From an uncultured Bacteroidota bacterium (GTDB taxonomy: Bacteria; Bacteroidota; Ignavibacteria; Kryptoniales; JAKASW01), in contig OY969888.1 of NCBI GenBank assembly GCA_963704305.1, positions 3,875,010 through 3,939,009 of the forward strand: a stretch of 64,000 nt of DNA. Direction: 5' to 3'. The translations under genes were made by a program, and so were the position numbers. The notes beneath the pieces are model-generated. The model was not told the origin of the DNA, did not search any database, and was given only the letters and a program-made list of their open reading frames with translations. This document shows positions 1-9,633 of the stretch, piece after piece (the stretch's first letter is position 1; each line of letters opens with the position of its first letter).

Positions 1-1103
1 AGTTCGGCATACCTCTGTCTGATCTCGTCCGTAACGCGGCTCTCTGTTAAAATATTCTTGACGATGGCAGCGGCCCGCTGCGGCTTAAAATCGTGCTGCA
101 CGAGCTCTTCGACTATCTTCTTCTGCGCGACGATGTTTACAAGTGAGATCGAATTAAGCCTCACAAGGAGTCTTCCCAGAAAATAGGTCAGTGCGCTCGC
201 CTTGTAAACTACCAGCATCGGAAGATTGTGCAAGGCAGCTTCGAGCGTAGCTGTTCCGCTGGTCACGATACCGGCATCCGCAGAACTCATCAGCAATTCG
301 ACATTTCTCGTGAGACCTGCAGGCACACCCGATTCACGAACAATATCCAGATACACCGCATCGTCAATCCCCGGCGCACATCCGATGACAGCCTTCAAAT
401 CAACCTGTTCTCCTTTTAATTTTTCTTTCAACGCTGCAATGGATTTCATCATGGTCGGGAGAATTCGAATTATCTCCTGCAACCGACTTCCCGGCAACAA
501 GGCAAGGAGTTTCGATTGCCCGTTAGCAGAATACTTCGCGCGCAGTCCTCGTATCTCAGTTTCGCTCGGCGTCGCCATCTCGTCAAGCAAAGGATGACCG
601 ACAAAGTGTGCTTCAACTCCCTCCATCCTATACATCTCTTCTTCAAACTTGAAGATGGTCATCATAAGGTCGACGCAAAGCCGAATCTTCTTGACTCGCC
701 TTCTTCCCCACGCCCATATTTGAGGGCTAATGAAGTAAGCCACCTTAACGCCGTTCTTTCTTGCAAGCTCAGCAAAACGAAGATTGAAACCGGGATAATC
801 TACCAGAATGACCGCCGACATCTTCTTCGTCCTGATAGTCCGCAACAGGTCGCTTCTCACCTTCATCAAAAAAGGAAGCTTAGACACAATTTCTGAAAAA
901 CCCATCACAGACATTTCGTTAACATGATGGACCAGTTCAACTCCCGCCGCTTTCATCCTATCTCCGCCGATGCCGACTACACAAAGGTCGTCTTCCCCCG
1001 TGCCAGAATTTAGTCTGGAAGCTTTTCGCATGCTCTCAACCAAACGAGCAGCATGTTTGTCACCGGAAGTCTCGCCGGCAATTATAAGATAGTTCCTACT
1101 CAC
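1..1103 (-). CDS. lpxB: lipid-A-disaccharide synthase (C-terminus cut by window edge)
   Basis: Not in the ORF track because it runs off the window. My translation from GTG at 1103 reads VSRNYLIIAGETSGDKHAARLVESM...VILVDYPGFNLRFA...SGTATLEAAL, the typical LpxB (GT19) N-terminal and core motifs. The start forms a GTGA overlap with the upstream gene stop. Confidence 0.85.
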   Translation of the reverse strand, partial: MSRNYLIIAGETSGDKHAARLVESMRKASRLNSGTGEDDLCVVGIGGDRMKAAGVELVHHVNEMSVMGFSEIVSKLPFLMKVRSDLLRTIRTKKMSAVILVDYPGFNLRFAELARKNGVKVAYFISPQIWAWGRRRVKKIRLCVDLMMTIFKFEEEMYRMEGVEAHFVGHPLLDEMATPSETEIRGLRAKYSANGQSKLLALLPGSRLQEIIRILPTMMKSIAALKEKLKGEQVDLKAVIGCAPGIDDAVYLDIVRESGVPAGLTRNVELLMSSADAGIVTSGTATLEAALHNLPMLVVYKASALTYFLGRLLVRLNSISLVNIVAQKKIVEELVQHDFKPQRAAAIVKNILTESRVTDEIRQRYAE

Positions 1104-1699
1104 ACAATGCCCTTGAATATGAACATGACAAACAAAAGGACGGTCAATGAAGTCAAGGCGATCAGTGATGAACGCTCGGAGCGAATTGCTCTTGGAAAAT
1201 TTCTGGCGAGTTTACCGTGACCATCATACCTAGATAATCGAGGAGCAAACCGGCGAACATTTGACGAGTACTCCTTCCAATCCGGAAATGTTCCGGATAA
1301 ATATTCTTCTTCAATGCTCACGATAGCTTCGTACTGGAAAATGAAATATGCAAGCGCCACCAATTGCAGATAAGGCATGAGCGCATCCGACATTATGCCG
1401 ACACCGAGATATAACAATATGTTTCCCAGGTATAACGGGTTTCTCACATAGGCATAAGGCCCGCTCGTCACAAGTTGAGTTCCGCCTACTGTCCCGGTCG
1501 TCCGGGTCTCGCTTCCAGCATAAGACACTCCCCAGAACCTGATGAGCTCACCGATCAGTGCAACTAGAAAGCCGATTACCAGGGATGATATCGTCGGAGA
1601 GGCAAAGAGCAGCATCATGAGCAGGAACGGTATCGGAGTGTAACTCCTGTAGGTAAACAGGCGGTGCTTCCAGCCACTATTCGAAAATGTTTCCGTCAT
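1100..1699 (-). CDS. membrane methyltransferase, isoprenylcysteine carboxyl / phospholipid methyltransferase family
   Basis: 199 aa, multi-pass hydrophobic, with the C-terminal motif GPYAYVRNPLYLGNILLYLG typical of the ICMT/PEMT family. Overlaps both neighbouring genes, so it is operonic. Confidence 0.7.
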   Translation of the reverse strand: MTETFSNSGWKHRLFTYRSYTPIPFLLMMLLFASPTISSLVIGFLVALIGELIRFWGVSYAGSETRTTGTVGGTQLVTSGPYAYVRNPLYLGNILLYLGVGIMSDALMPYLQLVALAYFIFQYEAIVSIEEEYLSGTFPDWKEYSSNVRRFAPRLSRYDGHGKLARNFPRAIRSERSSLIALTSLTVLLFVMFIFKGIV

Positions 1700-2424
1700 T
1701 CCGCCAGATAAGCCTCCCTCCGCTTCAACTCGGCGCGATGACGCTTGCGGAAATTTCTTGCGTCAAATATCTTTTTGAATTTGACAAGCACCTCTCCAAA
1801 GTTGTCGAATGGAAAATACGTAATATTGCTCTCCTCGCAGTACTTCAACAGTTCGTCTTTCGCGAAGACAATGTCTGCATACTGGACCGCGCACCGATCG
1901 GAAAAACCATTGCCGATGTAAACTATCAAATCCTCGCTGCCAGTCATCGTCAAGATCTGATGACCTTTGCAGTTGGCACATTTGGAACAATCTGACTCAT
2001 ACGGAAACTCAATCTTGATACCATTCTGATCGAATTGTGCGCGATTGGAAAAGTAAGAGACATCTGGCAATCCATTCACGGCAAAGATTTTCTTAATGTA
2101 GAAATCAAGGCCATCGCTCAAAACGATTACGCCAACTCCATTCTCTTTGCAGAAAGAGAGGAAAGTTTTGAATGACGAATCGATCTCAAAACTCCCGACA
2201 TATGACAAGGCCTGCTCCTCACTCACCTTGACACGTTCAGCTTCTATCAACGTCAATTCGCTTCCAGATATTTCGCCGTTCTTCCACTTAGCAACGGCCC
2301 TGATGGCTTCTTCCTCGTCTCCAAATGTTCTGAAGAAAGCATTACCGACATCTTGTTTTGTTATGGTGCCATCGAAATCGACAAAGATTTTCGGAAACAG
2401 GTTCGTCATTGCTTCGAAACCCAA
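1696..2424 (-). CDS. HAD-IB phosphatase, MtnX-like
   Basis: Has the FVDFDGTIT nucleophile motif, a Cys-rich insert (CSKCANCKG) and YIGNGFSDRCAVQYADIVFAKD. The layout resembles B. subtilis MtnX-type HAD phosphatases. Confidence 0.65.
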   Translation of the reverse strand: MGFEAMTNLFPKIFVDFDGTITKQDVGNAFFRTFGDEEEAIRAVAKWKNGEISGSELTLIEAERVKVSEEQALSYVGSFEIDSSFKTFLSFCKENGVGVIVLSDGLDFYIKKIFAVNGLPDVSYFSNRAQFDQNGIKIEFPYESDCSKCANCKGHQILTMTGSEDLIVYIGNGFSDRCAVQYADIVFAKDELLKYCEESNITYFPFDNFGEVLVKFKKIFDARNFRKRHRAELKRREAYLAE

Positions 2425-5400
2425 TCGTCGACAAACCGGACCGCCACAACTTTTGACACTCCCTGTTCCTCCATCGTTACACCGTAAAGCGTGTCGGCGG
2501 CTTCCATGGTTCGTTTGTTGTGAGTGATCACGATGAACTGAGTGTCCGTCGAAAACTTCCTGAGCATCCTCACATAGTTATCGGTATTGTTATCGTCGAG
2601 AGGCCCATCCACCTCGTCGAGTATACAGAAAGGACTCGGCTTGACCAGGTAAATGGCAAAAAGAAGTGCGATTGCAGTCAGAGTTTTTTCTCCAGCTGAG
2701 AGCAAGTCGATTGACTGAGGGCGCTTTCCCGCAGGCTTCGCCATTATCTCAATCCTTGCTTCCAGCGGGTCGATATTCTGCTCGAGTCTAAGTTCGGCTT
2801 CTCCGCCGTCAAACAAGCTTTGGAAGGTTGCCTTAAAATTCTCGGAAATCTGATCAAACGTTTCCAGAAACTTCTGATGCGCGGTGTGATTGATCTCGTC
2901 AATTGTCGTTGTCAGAGTCTTCTCGGCCTCGAACAAATCTCCTCGTTGCGCCACGAGAAAATCCAATCGCTGCTTTTCTTCACGATATTCCGAGAACGCG
3001 ACAAGGTTTACCGGACCGAAAGACTCAACTCGTCCTCTGAGATAGTTTACTCGTTCACGCGCGGTGCCGGGATCGAAGTCGGCCGGTATTTTCATGGACT
3101 CGGCAGTCTGTTGCGAAATATCAAGATTAAATTCTTCCTGTGCCCGCTCGACAAGAGCTTTCGCGTGTGCATCGAGTTCACTGATCTTCAGGCTCACCTG
3201 ATGAACAGATTCTACAGCAGATTCATGGCTCGCGCGCGCATCCTGAAGTTTCTTTTCTTCTGCTTCCTCGGAGTCCTTCTTAGCAGACAACTTCGAGCTA
3301 AGCTCGCTAGTCTGACTATCCAGCGATTCGATCTCCGCTTTCACGTTGACCTTACGATCCTCAAGCTCACCCAGCCTTTGTTCGCATCCTTCAATCGACA
3401 CCTTGGTCGCCCGCTCTTCCTCTTCCGACCTGGATATCCCGTCGAGATTCGTGCGCATCTGTTCCTGTGACGATTCAATTTCCCTTTTAAGGAAGTTGAG
3501 CTTGTTCACACATTCTATGTGCTGAGCCTGCATCTCACGCAAACGTTCGTTCTTTTTCCTGTATTCTTCCTCAATCGATTTCAACTCATCCAGGGAAACC
3601 TGATATTCATTTTCGGACGTATTCTTCACCGAACTCAGCTCTGTCAGTAATGTTTCTATTGAATCGAGCTCGCTTTGAGCTTCGGACATCTCTGATTCTA
3701 ATCTCGAAACTCGAGTCTTTGTGTCGGCGATCTGCGACTGAATACTCTGCAGGTTGCGCTCGTTCTCCACGCTTGACTGTTCAATGCGTGCCAGCTGGAG
3801 TTCCAGATTTCTGAGAGTCTCGTTCCCGGATTTGATTGGGAGTAGATCCATCTCCGACTGAAGCGCCCCGACAAATTCTTCCAGCCGGGATAATTCTCTT
3901 GTTAGGTCCGAGTTCTCGTTTTTCAGTTCCTCCAGCTGCCTCAGCTTTCCTACCTTGCCGCCTTCAGTTCGGCGCGTGCTTCCGCCGCGGATTACTCCTC
4001 TACTTGAAAAGACATCGCCTGCAAAGCTTACACAGACCAGCGAAGGATCTTCATGCAATATGCTTTCCGCCTCAGAAAAATTGTCGACAACCGCGACATT
4101 CTCGAAGAAATATCTTCCGATCCCTTCGTGTTCCCTCGACATCTGCACGTGCTCAATTAGTCTCCTGTAATTCAGGCTGGCACGGCTCGGGAACGTCGGG
4201 GCGGCGATCCTGTCAACACAGACGAATGTTACTTTTCCCAAATCACGGCTCTTCAGGGCATCGATTGCACTCAACGCGGTGTGTTCGTCTGGCGCGACAA
4301 GAAAATTGGATGCCTCTCCGAGTATCGACTCCGCCGCAATCCTGTAATTCTGCTCGACATAAAATACATCGCTGAGAACTTCCAGTTTAGGCAGACCGCT
4401 GACTTCACCGCGCACGAGTACTTTTGCACCGTCCGGCAAGCCTTCGAGGTGTTCGACGAGCCCGTTAAGAAAATCTATCCTTGCTTCATTCGCCTGAAGA
4501 AGATTCCGAGTTTTTTGGGCTTCTAACTTTCTCTGCTCGATCTCAGCGAAAAGTCCCTCGCGATGCGTTTCCAGGTCGGTGAGCTTTGCTTTTTCTGATT
4601 CGATTTCTCTTGCAATCTTTTCCTTCTCTAACTTCGAAGTTTCTATTCGAGACAAAAGCCGCGCCTTATCGGCTTCCAGTTGATTCGTTCTGACCGAAAG
4701 CTCTTCGTTGTGGGACTGCACTCTTGCGAGTCTGGCGTGCGATCTTTCCCTTTCGTTCTGTTTGAGGGCAAGATCGTTCAAAACATGGATCAGATGCTCG
4801 TGGTTCAGATTTGATTTCTCGCGAGCTGCAAAGAACCTTTCCTCGAATTTGCTGAAGCTCTCCTGCTCCTCCGCGAGCGTACCTGACAGACTCTCCTCCT
4901 GACTTCCGGTCTCGAGTAGACTCAGTTTCAATTCATCGATCTGGGAAGCGAGCAATTCGTTCTTGCTCGTGAGATCTACTGCCCGCCTTTGCAGGGACAA
5001 AATGTTGTCACTGAGACCTCTCTTCCGCTCAACCAGCACAGCGATTTCTTCCTCAATGGAATGAAGATCATTCTGCTTGTCTGAACGTTGAAGTCTGAAT
5101 TTCGACAGACTTCTTTCCAGGTCTCCTATCTCGGAGCGCATTAATCGCAGAAGCTCCTCCTGGTGGGAGAGAACATTCAAAGAATCTGCTTTCGCACCTT
5201 CGTTCAACGAAAGACTTTCCTTCAGCGGTGCAACCTTAGCAAGTACTGATCCATACTCCGAGAACAGATACTGCCGTTCGAGGGAGCCAAGCTCATCAAC
5301 ATACTTCTTGTAAAGTTCAGCGCGCTTCGCCTGGCGCTCGAGCGAGCTTACCTTCTTCTCAATTTCCGAGATGAGATCGTTGACGCGGAGCAGATCACGC

Positions 5401-5954
5401 TGCACATCGTCAAGCTTGCCGAGTGCCGCTCTCCTCCTGGCTTTATATTTTGTAACGCCGGATGCCTCCTCGAACATTTTTCTGCGCTCATCAGTATTTT
5501 CTCGCAGTATGTCTTCCACCATTCTGAGTTCAATGACGGAATATGCCGTAGCAGCCATGCCGGAATCCATCAGCATATCCTGGATGTCTTTCAGACGACA
5601 CTGATTCCTGTTGATGAAGAATTCGCTCTCGCCTGACCGAAACACCCGACGAGTTATGCTTACTTCTGCATAATCCACGGGGAGGAGGTGCTTATCATTC
5701 TTTATGGTGATTGTGACCTCGGCCATTCCGAGCGGCTTGCGGTCCTTCGAACCGTTGAAGATAACGTTCTCCATCGAATCGCTCCTGAGCATACTGGAGC
5801 GCTGTTCACCGAGAACCCATCTGATTGAATCGAGCACATTGGTTTTCCCGCAACCGTTTGGTCCGACAACAGAAGTTATTCCGCCATTGAAGGTCATTTC
5901 GGTTTTCGTGGCAAAAGATTTGAAGCCAAGAAGCTCTAATTTTGAAAGAAACAT
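2406..5954 (-). CDS. smc: chromosome segregation protein SMC
   Basis: 1182 aa. Contains an N-terminal Walker A (GPNGCGKTN), long coiled coils, a hinge, the C-terminal signature LSAGEKTLTAIALLFA and Walker B FCILDEVD. Confidence 0.95.
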   Translation of the reverse strand: MFLSKLELLGFKSFATKTEMTFNGGITSVVGPNGCGKTNVLDSIRWVLGEQRSSMLRSDSMENVIFNGSKDRKPLGMAEVTITIKNDKHLLPVDYAEVSITRRVFRSGESEFFINRNQCRLKDIQDMLMDSGMAATAYSVIELRMVEDILRENTDERRKMFEEASGVTKYKARRRAALGKLDDVQRDLLRVNDLISEIEKKVSSLERQAKRAELYKKYVDELGSLERQYLFSEYGSVLAKVAPLKESLSLNEGAKADSLNVLSHQEELLRLMRSEIGDLERSLSKFRLQRSDKQNDLHSIEEEIAVLVERKRGLSDNILSLQRRAVDLTSKNELLASQIDELKLSLLETGSQEESLSGTLAEEQESFSKFEERFFAAREKSNLNHEHLIHVLNDLALKQNERERSHARLARVQSHNEELSVRTNQLEADKARLLSRIETSKLEKEKIAREIESEKAKLTDLETHREGLFAEIEQRKLEAQKTRNLLQANEARIDFLNGLVEHLEGLPDGAKVLVRGEVSGLPKLEVLSDVFYVEQNYRIAAESILGEASNFLVAPDEHTALSAIDALKSRDLGKVTFVCVDRIAAPTFPSRASLNYRRLIEHVQMSREHEGIGRYFFENVAVVDNFSEAESILHEDPSLVCVSFAGDVFSSRGVIRGGSTRRTEGGKVGKLRQLEELKNENSDLTRELSRLEEFVGALQSEMDLLPIKSGNETLRNLELQLARIEQSSVENERNLQSIQSQIADTKTRVSRLESEMSEAQSELDSIETLLTELSSVKNTSENEYQVSLDELKSIEEEYRKKNERLREMQAQHIECVNKLNFLKREIESSQEQMRTNLDGISRSEEEERATKVSIEGCEQRLGELEDRKVNVKAEIESLDSQTSELSSKLSAKKDSEEAEEKKLQDARASHESAVESVHQVSLKISELDAHAKALVERAQEEFNLDISQQTAESMKIPADFDPGTARERVNYLRGRVESFGPVNLVAFSEYREEKQRLDFLVAQRGDLFEAEKTLTTTIDEINHTAHQKFLETFDQISENFKATFQSLFDGGEAELRLEQNIDPLEARIEIMAKPAGKRPQSIDLLSAGEKTLTAIALLFAIYLVKPSPFCILDEVDGPLDDNNTDNYVRMLRKFSTDTQFIVITHNKRTMEAADTLYGVTMEEQGVSKVVAVRFVDDWVSKQ

Positions 5955-8474
5955 TTATGTGAACTTATTCTCGACGATGAATTTGTAGAAGAACTTTGTG
6001 TAGGGTATGACTCCGCCGGTTCCGTTGTAATAAAATGTGACGAGCAGGATGAGTCCGACCAGAATCAATGTACCGATGAGTCCGACCCTCACAGTCGGCA
6101 GATCGTAAATTACGCCTACGCCGTGGAACAGTCTAAACAAACTTAATAGTAGAAGCGCCGCGAGGATTATTGACGCCGCCCAGACAAACTTGGGGTCACC
6201 AAGCAATCTAAAAAGTATCATGTCAGCCAGAATCAAAACGGCCATCGGCAGCATGGACCATGTAGCGACGGTGAACGCACTTATCAGCTGCAACCTTATC
6301 TTCGCCGTGTAGGAAAGGAGTTTGATAACAAATGTAATGATGACAATCAGAACCATAAAAAAGATGGTGAATGCAAGTATAAACTCCGCGGGATGCCAGA
6401 TGAGGTAATCTATCTTGATCTTCAAGAAATCGCTCGGCACAAGCAATCCCAATAGCCTATCGAATACGTAGTCGTTGCGGTAAGCATAAAATAAACTAGA
6501 CAGGTAAATCGCGATCCCGGCAGACACGAGAAGCAATACTGTCGACGTTTGGAAAACCGAGATCATTCGCTGATCTCTCACATCAGCAAAGAAGTTATAC
6601 GGTCTGAAGATGGCGCGCGTCGCGCTCTCCCTGAACCACCTTCGGCTATAGTGAAGGTAAGTAATTAGAACAAGAAGGAGAGTGGACAGTATAACGTAAA
6701 TGATCGGAGGAGTCTCGACAAAATCTCCGATCGGGAGGGAAGGCAAGGTCTCGTCGTTGAACAGGGCTCGCACAGCTGCAAACGCAGGACGCTTCTCTCG
6801 CCAGTAACTTACCAGCCCGAAGGTGTACAGGTAAGGATGGCCATTGGGCATTAGATGAGGGACTGCACCCTGCCAATCGGCATAACTATTTACAGAAATC
6901 CCTGCCGCATTCCCGCTCTCGATAGCCTCGTATGCATCGACGAGAAACCGCGCCTGATGCTCAAGGGAGAGAGGGTCCGCATAACCGTTATGGTTGGCAA
7001 TCTGAGTCTGTGTACCGACAGACGAAACCCAGAACGAGAGGTTCGGATAAAGTTCCGAAATCCTGCTAAGGAATCCCTTCATCTTCCTCTCAGAATTAAA
7101 AGGCGTCAGGTCCAATCCTACAAAGTCTGCGTCCGTCGGAGAGCCGTCAGCTAATCCCGTCAATGGCGTGTAGTAGACAAGCTTGTCCGTTTCGCTGTGA
7201 ACAAGCTTAACTATCGATGAGATATATTCTCTTGTCGTACTGGACGCCGGGTCGATGTCGCTGCCGGCGGAAATGGCGACTACGGACGGATGGTAGCAGG
7301 TCTGTTGAATAACTTCGCTCAAATAACTCAACAAGGATCCCCTGTATTGGCTTGACCCTAACACCGAAGAGGGGGCGTCGACTAACGGAATCTCCTCAAA
7401 AGCCATCAGACCAAATCTGTCACATAGATCAAGAAAACGCTGGGACGGCGGATAATTTACAACTCGTATCGCATTTGCGCCGAGTGTCTTTATCACTGCT
7501 ATGTCTTTTTCAAGCTCAACCTCGTCAACTGCCGCATCCACTTTAGGATAATCGGCAACATAGTTGACGCTTTTCACAAAAATTTGTTGGCCGTTCAAAT
7601 AGAACTTTCCACCGGACAATTGGAAATTCCTGAAGCCTATATTCTCGGAATACTCATCTACGATAGATGATCCTTTATACAAATAGAAATCCAGCTCGTA
7701 CACATCCGGCTTGGCAGGTGACCACAGATTCGGGTTCTGAACCTGGAGCGAGAGATGGACCTTCGTGTTATGGTTCTGCGCAAGGCTAAAAACATTATCC
7801 GCGGACTTCGCTACAACTTTTCCGGACATTTTATCAACCAGCTCAGCGTGAGCAGTCAAAGAAACTGACGTTGCCGCCGAATCGATCCCGTATCGCGAGT
7901 AATCCGAAGCGTACACGATGATGTCGCTTTCAACATCAGCCGCGCTGTAATTTGAATTTGTCGTAATCTGAACGGAAGGATCATCGACGTAAATAGGTGG
8001 CTTCATTTCAAGGTAGACATTTCTGAACAGACCATCATAGCATTTCTGCTGGAAGGCAAGCTGTTTCAAGGGAATGGTAGAGATCGGGCTTGATTCATTA
8101 TTACTGATTATACGTATCAAGTTCTCGTTTCCCGGTTGCAGAAGTCTGTCAGGTATCCTCACATCAATTTGAGAGTATGCTCCATTATGAATTGCGACAT
8201 ACTCGTTGTTGATCCTTATCTCGGTGGATATTCCGCCGTTGCCTAATACGAGGCTGAAAATGTTCTTGTCTACAAAATCCGTTGGAATGAACACCCGTTT
8301 CTCAAACATAACCGTTCCGTCATAGTCAAATACCGACGGGACGTTAATTGACCGCCATGTCTTTCCGTTATCTGACGAGCACCGCCACTTACCGTCCAGG
8401 TCAATCCTGCTTCGCGTCGCCGTGAGCTGATCAATCTTAATTCCGGATTGTGCGAGACTCGGTCTGCGATCCAT
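5955..8474 (-). CDS. GH2-like (sugar-binding jelly-roll plus TIM-barrel) domain fused to a C-terminal multi-pass membrane domain; catalytic Glu residues apparently absent
   Basis: 839 aa. The N-terminal ~590 aa align by eye to the glycoside hydrolase family 2 architecture (IRVVNYPPSQRFLDLCDRFGLMAFEEIPL, CYHPSVVAISAGSD). From ~aa 590 there are at least 6 hydrophobic helices. No N-terminal signal peptide. The stop codon abuts the smc start codon. Confidence 0.65.
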   Translation of the reverse strand: MDRRPSLAQSGIKIDQLTATRSRIDLDGKWRCSSDNGKTWRSINVPSVFDYDGTVMFEKRVFIPTDFVDKNIFSLVLGNGGISTEIRINNEYVAIHNGAYSQIDVRIPDRLLQPGNENLIRIISNNESSPISTIPLKQLAFQQKCYDGLFRNVYLEMKPPIYVDDPSVQITTNSNYSAADVESDIIVYASDYSRYGIDSAATSVSLTAHAELVDKMSGKVVAKSADNVFSLAQNHNTKVHLSLQVQNPNLWSPAKPDVYELDFYLYKGSSIVDEYSENIGFRNFQLSGGKFYLNGQQIFVKSVNYVADYPKVDAAVDEVELEKDIAVIKTLGANAIRVVNYPPSQRFLDLCDRFGLMAFEEIPLVDAPSSVLGSSQYRGSLLSYLSEVIQQTCYHPSVVAISAGSDIDPASSTTREYISSIVKLVHSETDKLVYYTPLTGLADGSPTDADFVGLDLTPFNSERKMKGFLSRISELYPNLSFWVSSVGTQTQIANHNGYADPLSLEHQARFLVDAYEAIESGNAAGISVNSYADWQGAVPHLMPNGHPYLYTFGLVSYWREKRPAFAAVRALFNDETLPSLPIGDFVETPPIIYVILSTLLLVLITYLHYSRRWFRESATRAIFRPYNFFADVRDQRMISVFQTSTVLLLVSAGIAIYLSSLFYAYRNDYVFDRLLGLLVPSDFLKIKIDYLIWHPAEFILAFTIFFMVLIVIITFVIKLLSYTAKIRLQLISAFTVATWSMLPMAVLILADMILFRLLGDPKFVWAASIILAALLLLSLFRLFHGVGVIYDLPTVRVGLIGTLILVGLILLVTFYYNGTGGVIPYTKFFYKFIVENKFT

Positions 8475-8649
8475 TCTCGTCAGACTGGGCTGATAGACGA
8501 GAAGGGACGACAGAAATAAGGATTAAGCAGGACAGAACGACTGCTCTTGGAATGTTAAAAAGGGGCATTTATCGAGACTTGATTCCCATTGTTGATAAAT
8601 TTAACAAAACCGCGGGGGCAATGCAATTAACGAGTCTAGCACATCGCTG

Positions 8650-9528
8650 CTAACTTTTGTTTTTTAACAGGGTCAGGGATTTCCTCGTTGCAGTTTCGCC
8701 AGCCCTGATCATCTCATCCAGTTTATCGAAATTAGCCCAGTTGGTCCTCCCGACCTTCGGCCGAATAACAACATCCGATTCTGAAAGGAGGGCTCGATTG
8801 AAGTGGTAATTAGTTATCTCATTCGCGCGCAGGGCGACATCGAATGCAGTTGAGGGCTCTCCATCGCGCCTCAATTCCATCGACACATCGACCGCAATTA
8901 TTTTTCCGCTGAATGTCTTACGCGCAGCGGTGACCGGCACCGTGCTGGTTGTACTGCCGTCGATTAGAATTGATGTTCCGCTCTTGAGAGGCTCCACGAT
9001 TCCAGGAATCAAAGAACTTGCAATCACGGCAGTAAGCACCCGCCCATTCCTGAAAACAATTTCCCTTCCGCTAACAAGATCTGTTGAAACGCAGACAAAC
9101 GGTATCTTCAGATCTTTGAATTGAATATCCGGGATCAAAAAGCTGAGTGCGTCCTTCAGGATATCGTGTGTGAAGATACCCCTCTTTGATGCTGCCTTGA
9201 TGTAGATGAATTTCTGTCCCAGCCTGTCCAATATTTTCTTGGGTTCCTGGTAAGTGCTCGGATTTTCGGACAGGATGAAGAAAGTCTTTCCAAATTTCTC
9301 ATGGAACTGGCTCGCGAGGAATTTCCTGAACAGTTCCTCAACCTCCAGCGCATTCCCGCAGTGTGCAAACATCGCACCTACTATCGCACCCATGCTTGTT
9401 CCGACGATCCCTTTGATTCCGATCCTCTCTCTCTGGAGAACCTTCAAGACACCCACGTGAGCGAGGCCGCGCGCGCCGCCGCCGCCAAGTGCCAACACAA
9501 ACTCTGACTGTTTCTTTCTCAAGATCAT
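8650..9528 (-). CDS. patatin-like phospholipase
   Basis: Oxyanion motif GGGGARGLAHVGVL, nucleophile elbow GTSMGA, and a DGS-type catalytic Asp motif (LIDGSTT). Confidence 0.85.
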   Translation of the reverse strand: MILRKKQSEFVLALGGGGARGLAHVGVLKVLQRERIGIKGIVGTSMGAIVGAMFAHCGNALEVEELFRKFLASQFHEKFGKTFFILSENPSTYQEPKKILDRLGQKFIYIKAASKRGIFTHDILKDALSFLIPDIQFKDLKIPFVCVSTDLVSGREIVFRNGRVLTAVIASSLIPGIVEPLKSGTSILIDGSTTSTVPVTAARKTFSGKIIAVDVSMELRRDGEPSTAFDVALRANEITNYHFNRALLSESDVVIRPKVGRTNWANFDKLDEMIRAGETATRKSLTLLKNKS

Positions 9529-9633
9529 CGTTCGCCGCTGATCATTTCTTTTATTCTTCTACTCGGTTGAAACAAAAAAGTTGCTTTGAGATTGACAGGT
9601 ACGTTTTGGTCCCCGTCTTCCCTATTTGACGTT

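Noticed and set aside
2820-5988. Many 60-216-aa plus-strand ORFs inside the smc gene (e.g. 2820-3470, 3836-4375)
   Set aside because: They are antisense to a 1182-aa gene with unmistakable SMC motifs. Their translations are low-complexity with no start-site signals, which is typical of shadow ORFs in a coiled-coil-coding region.
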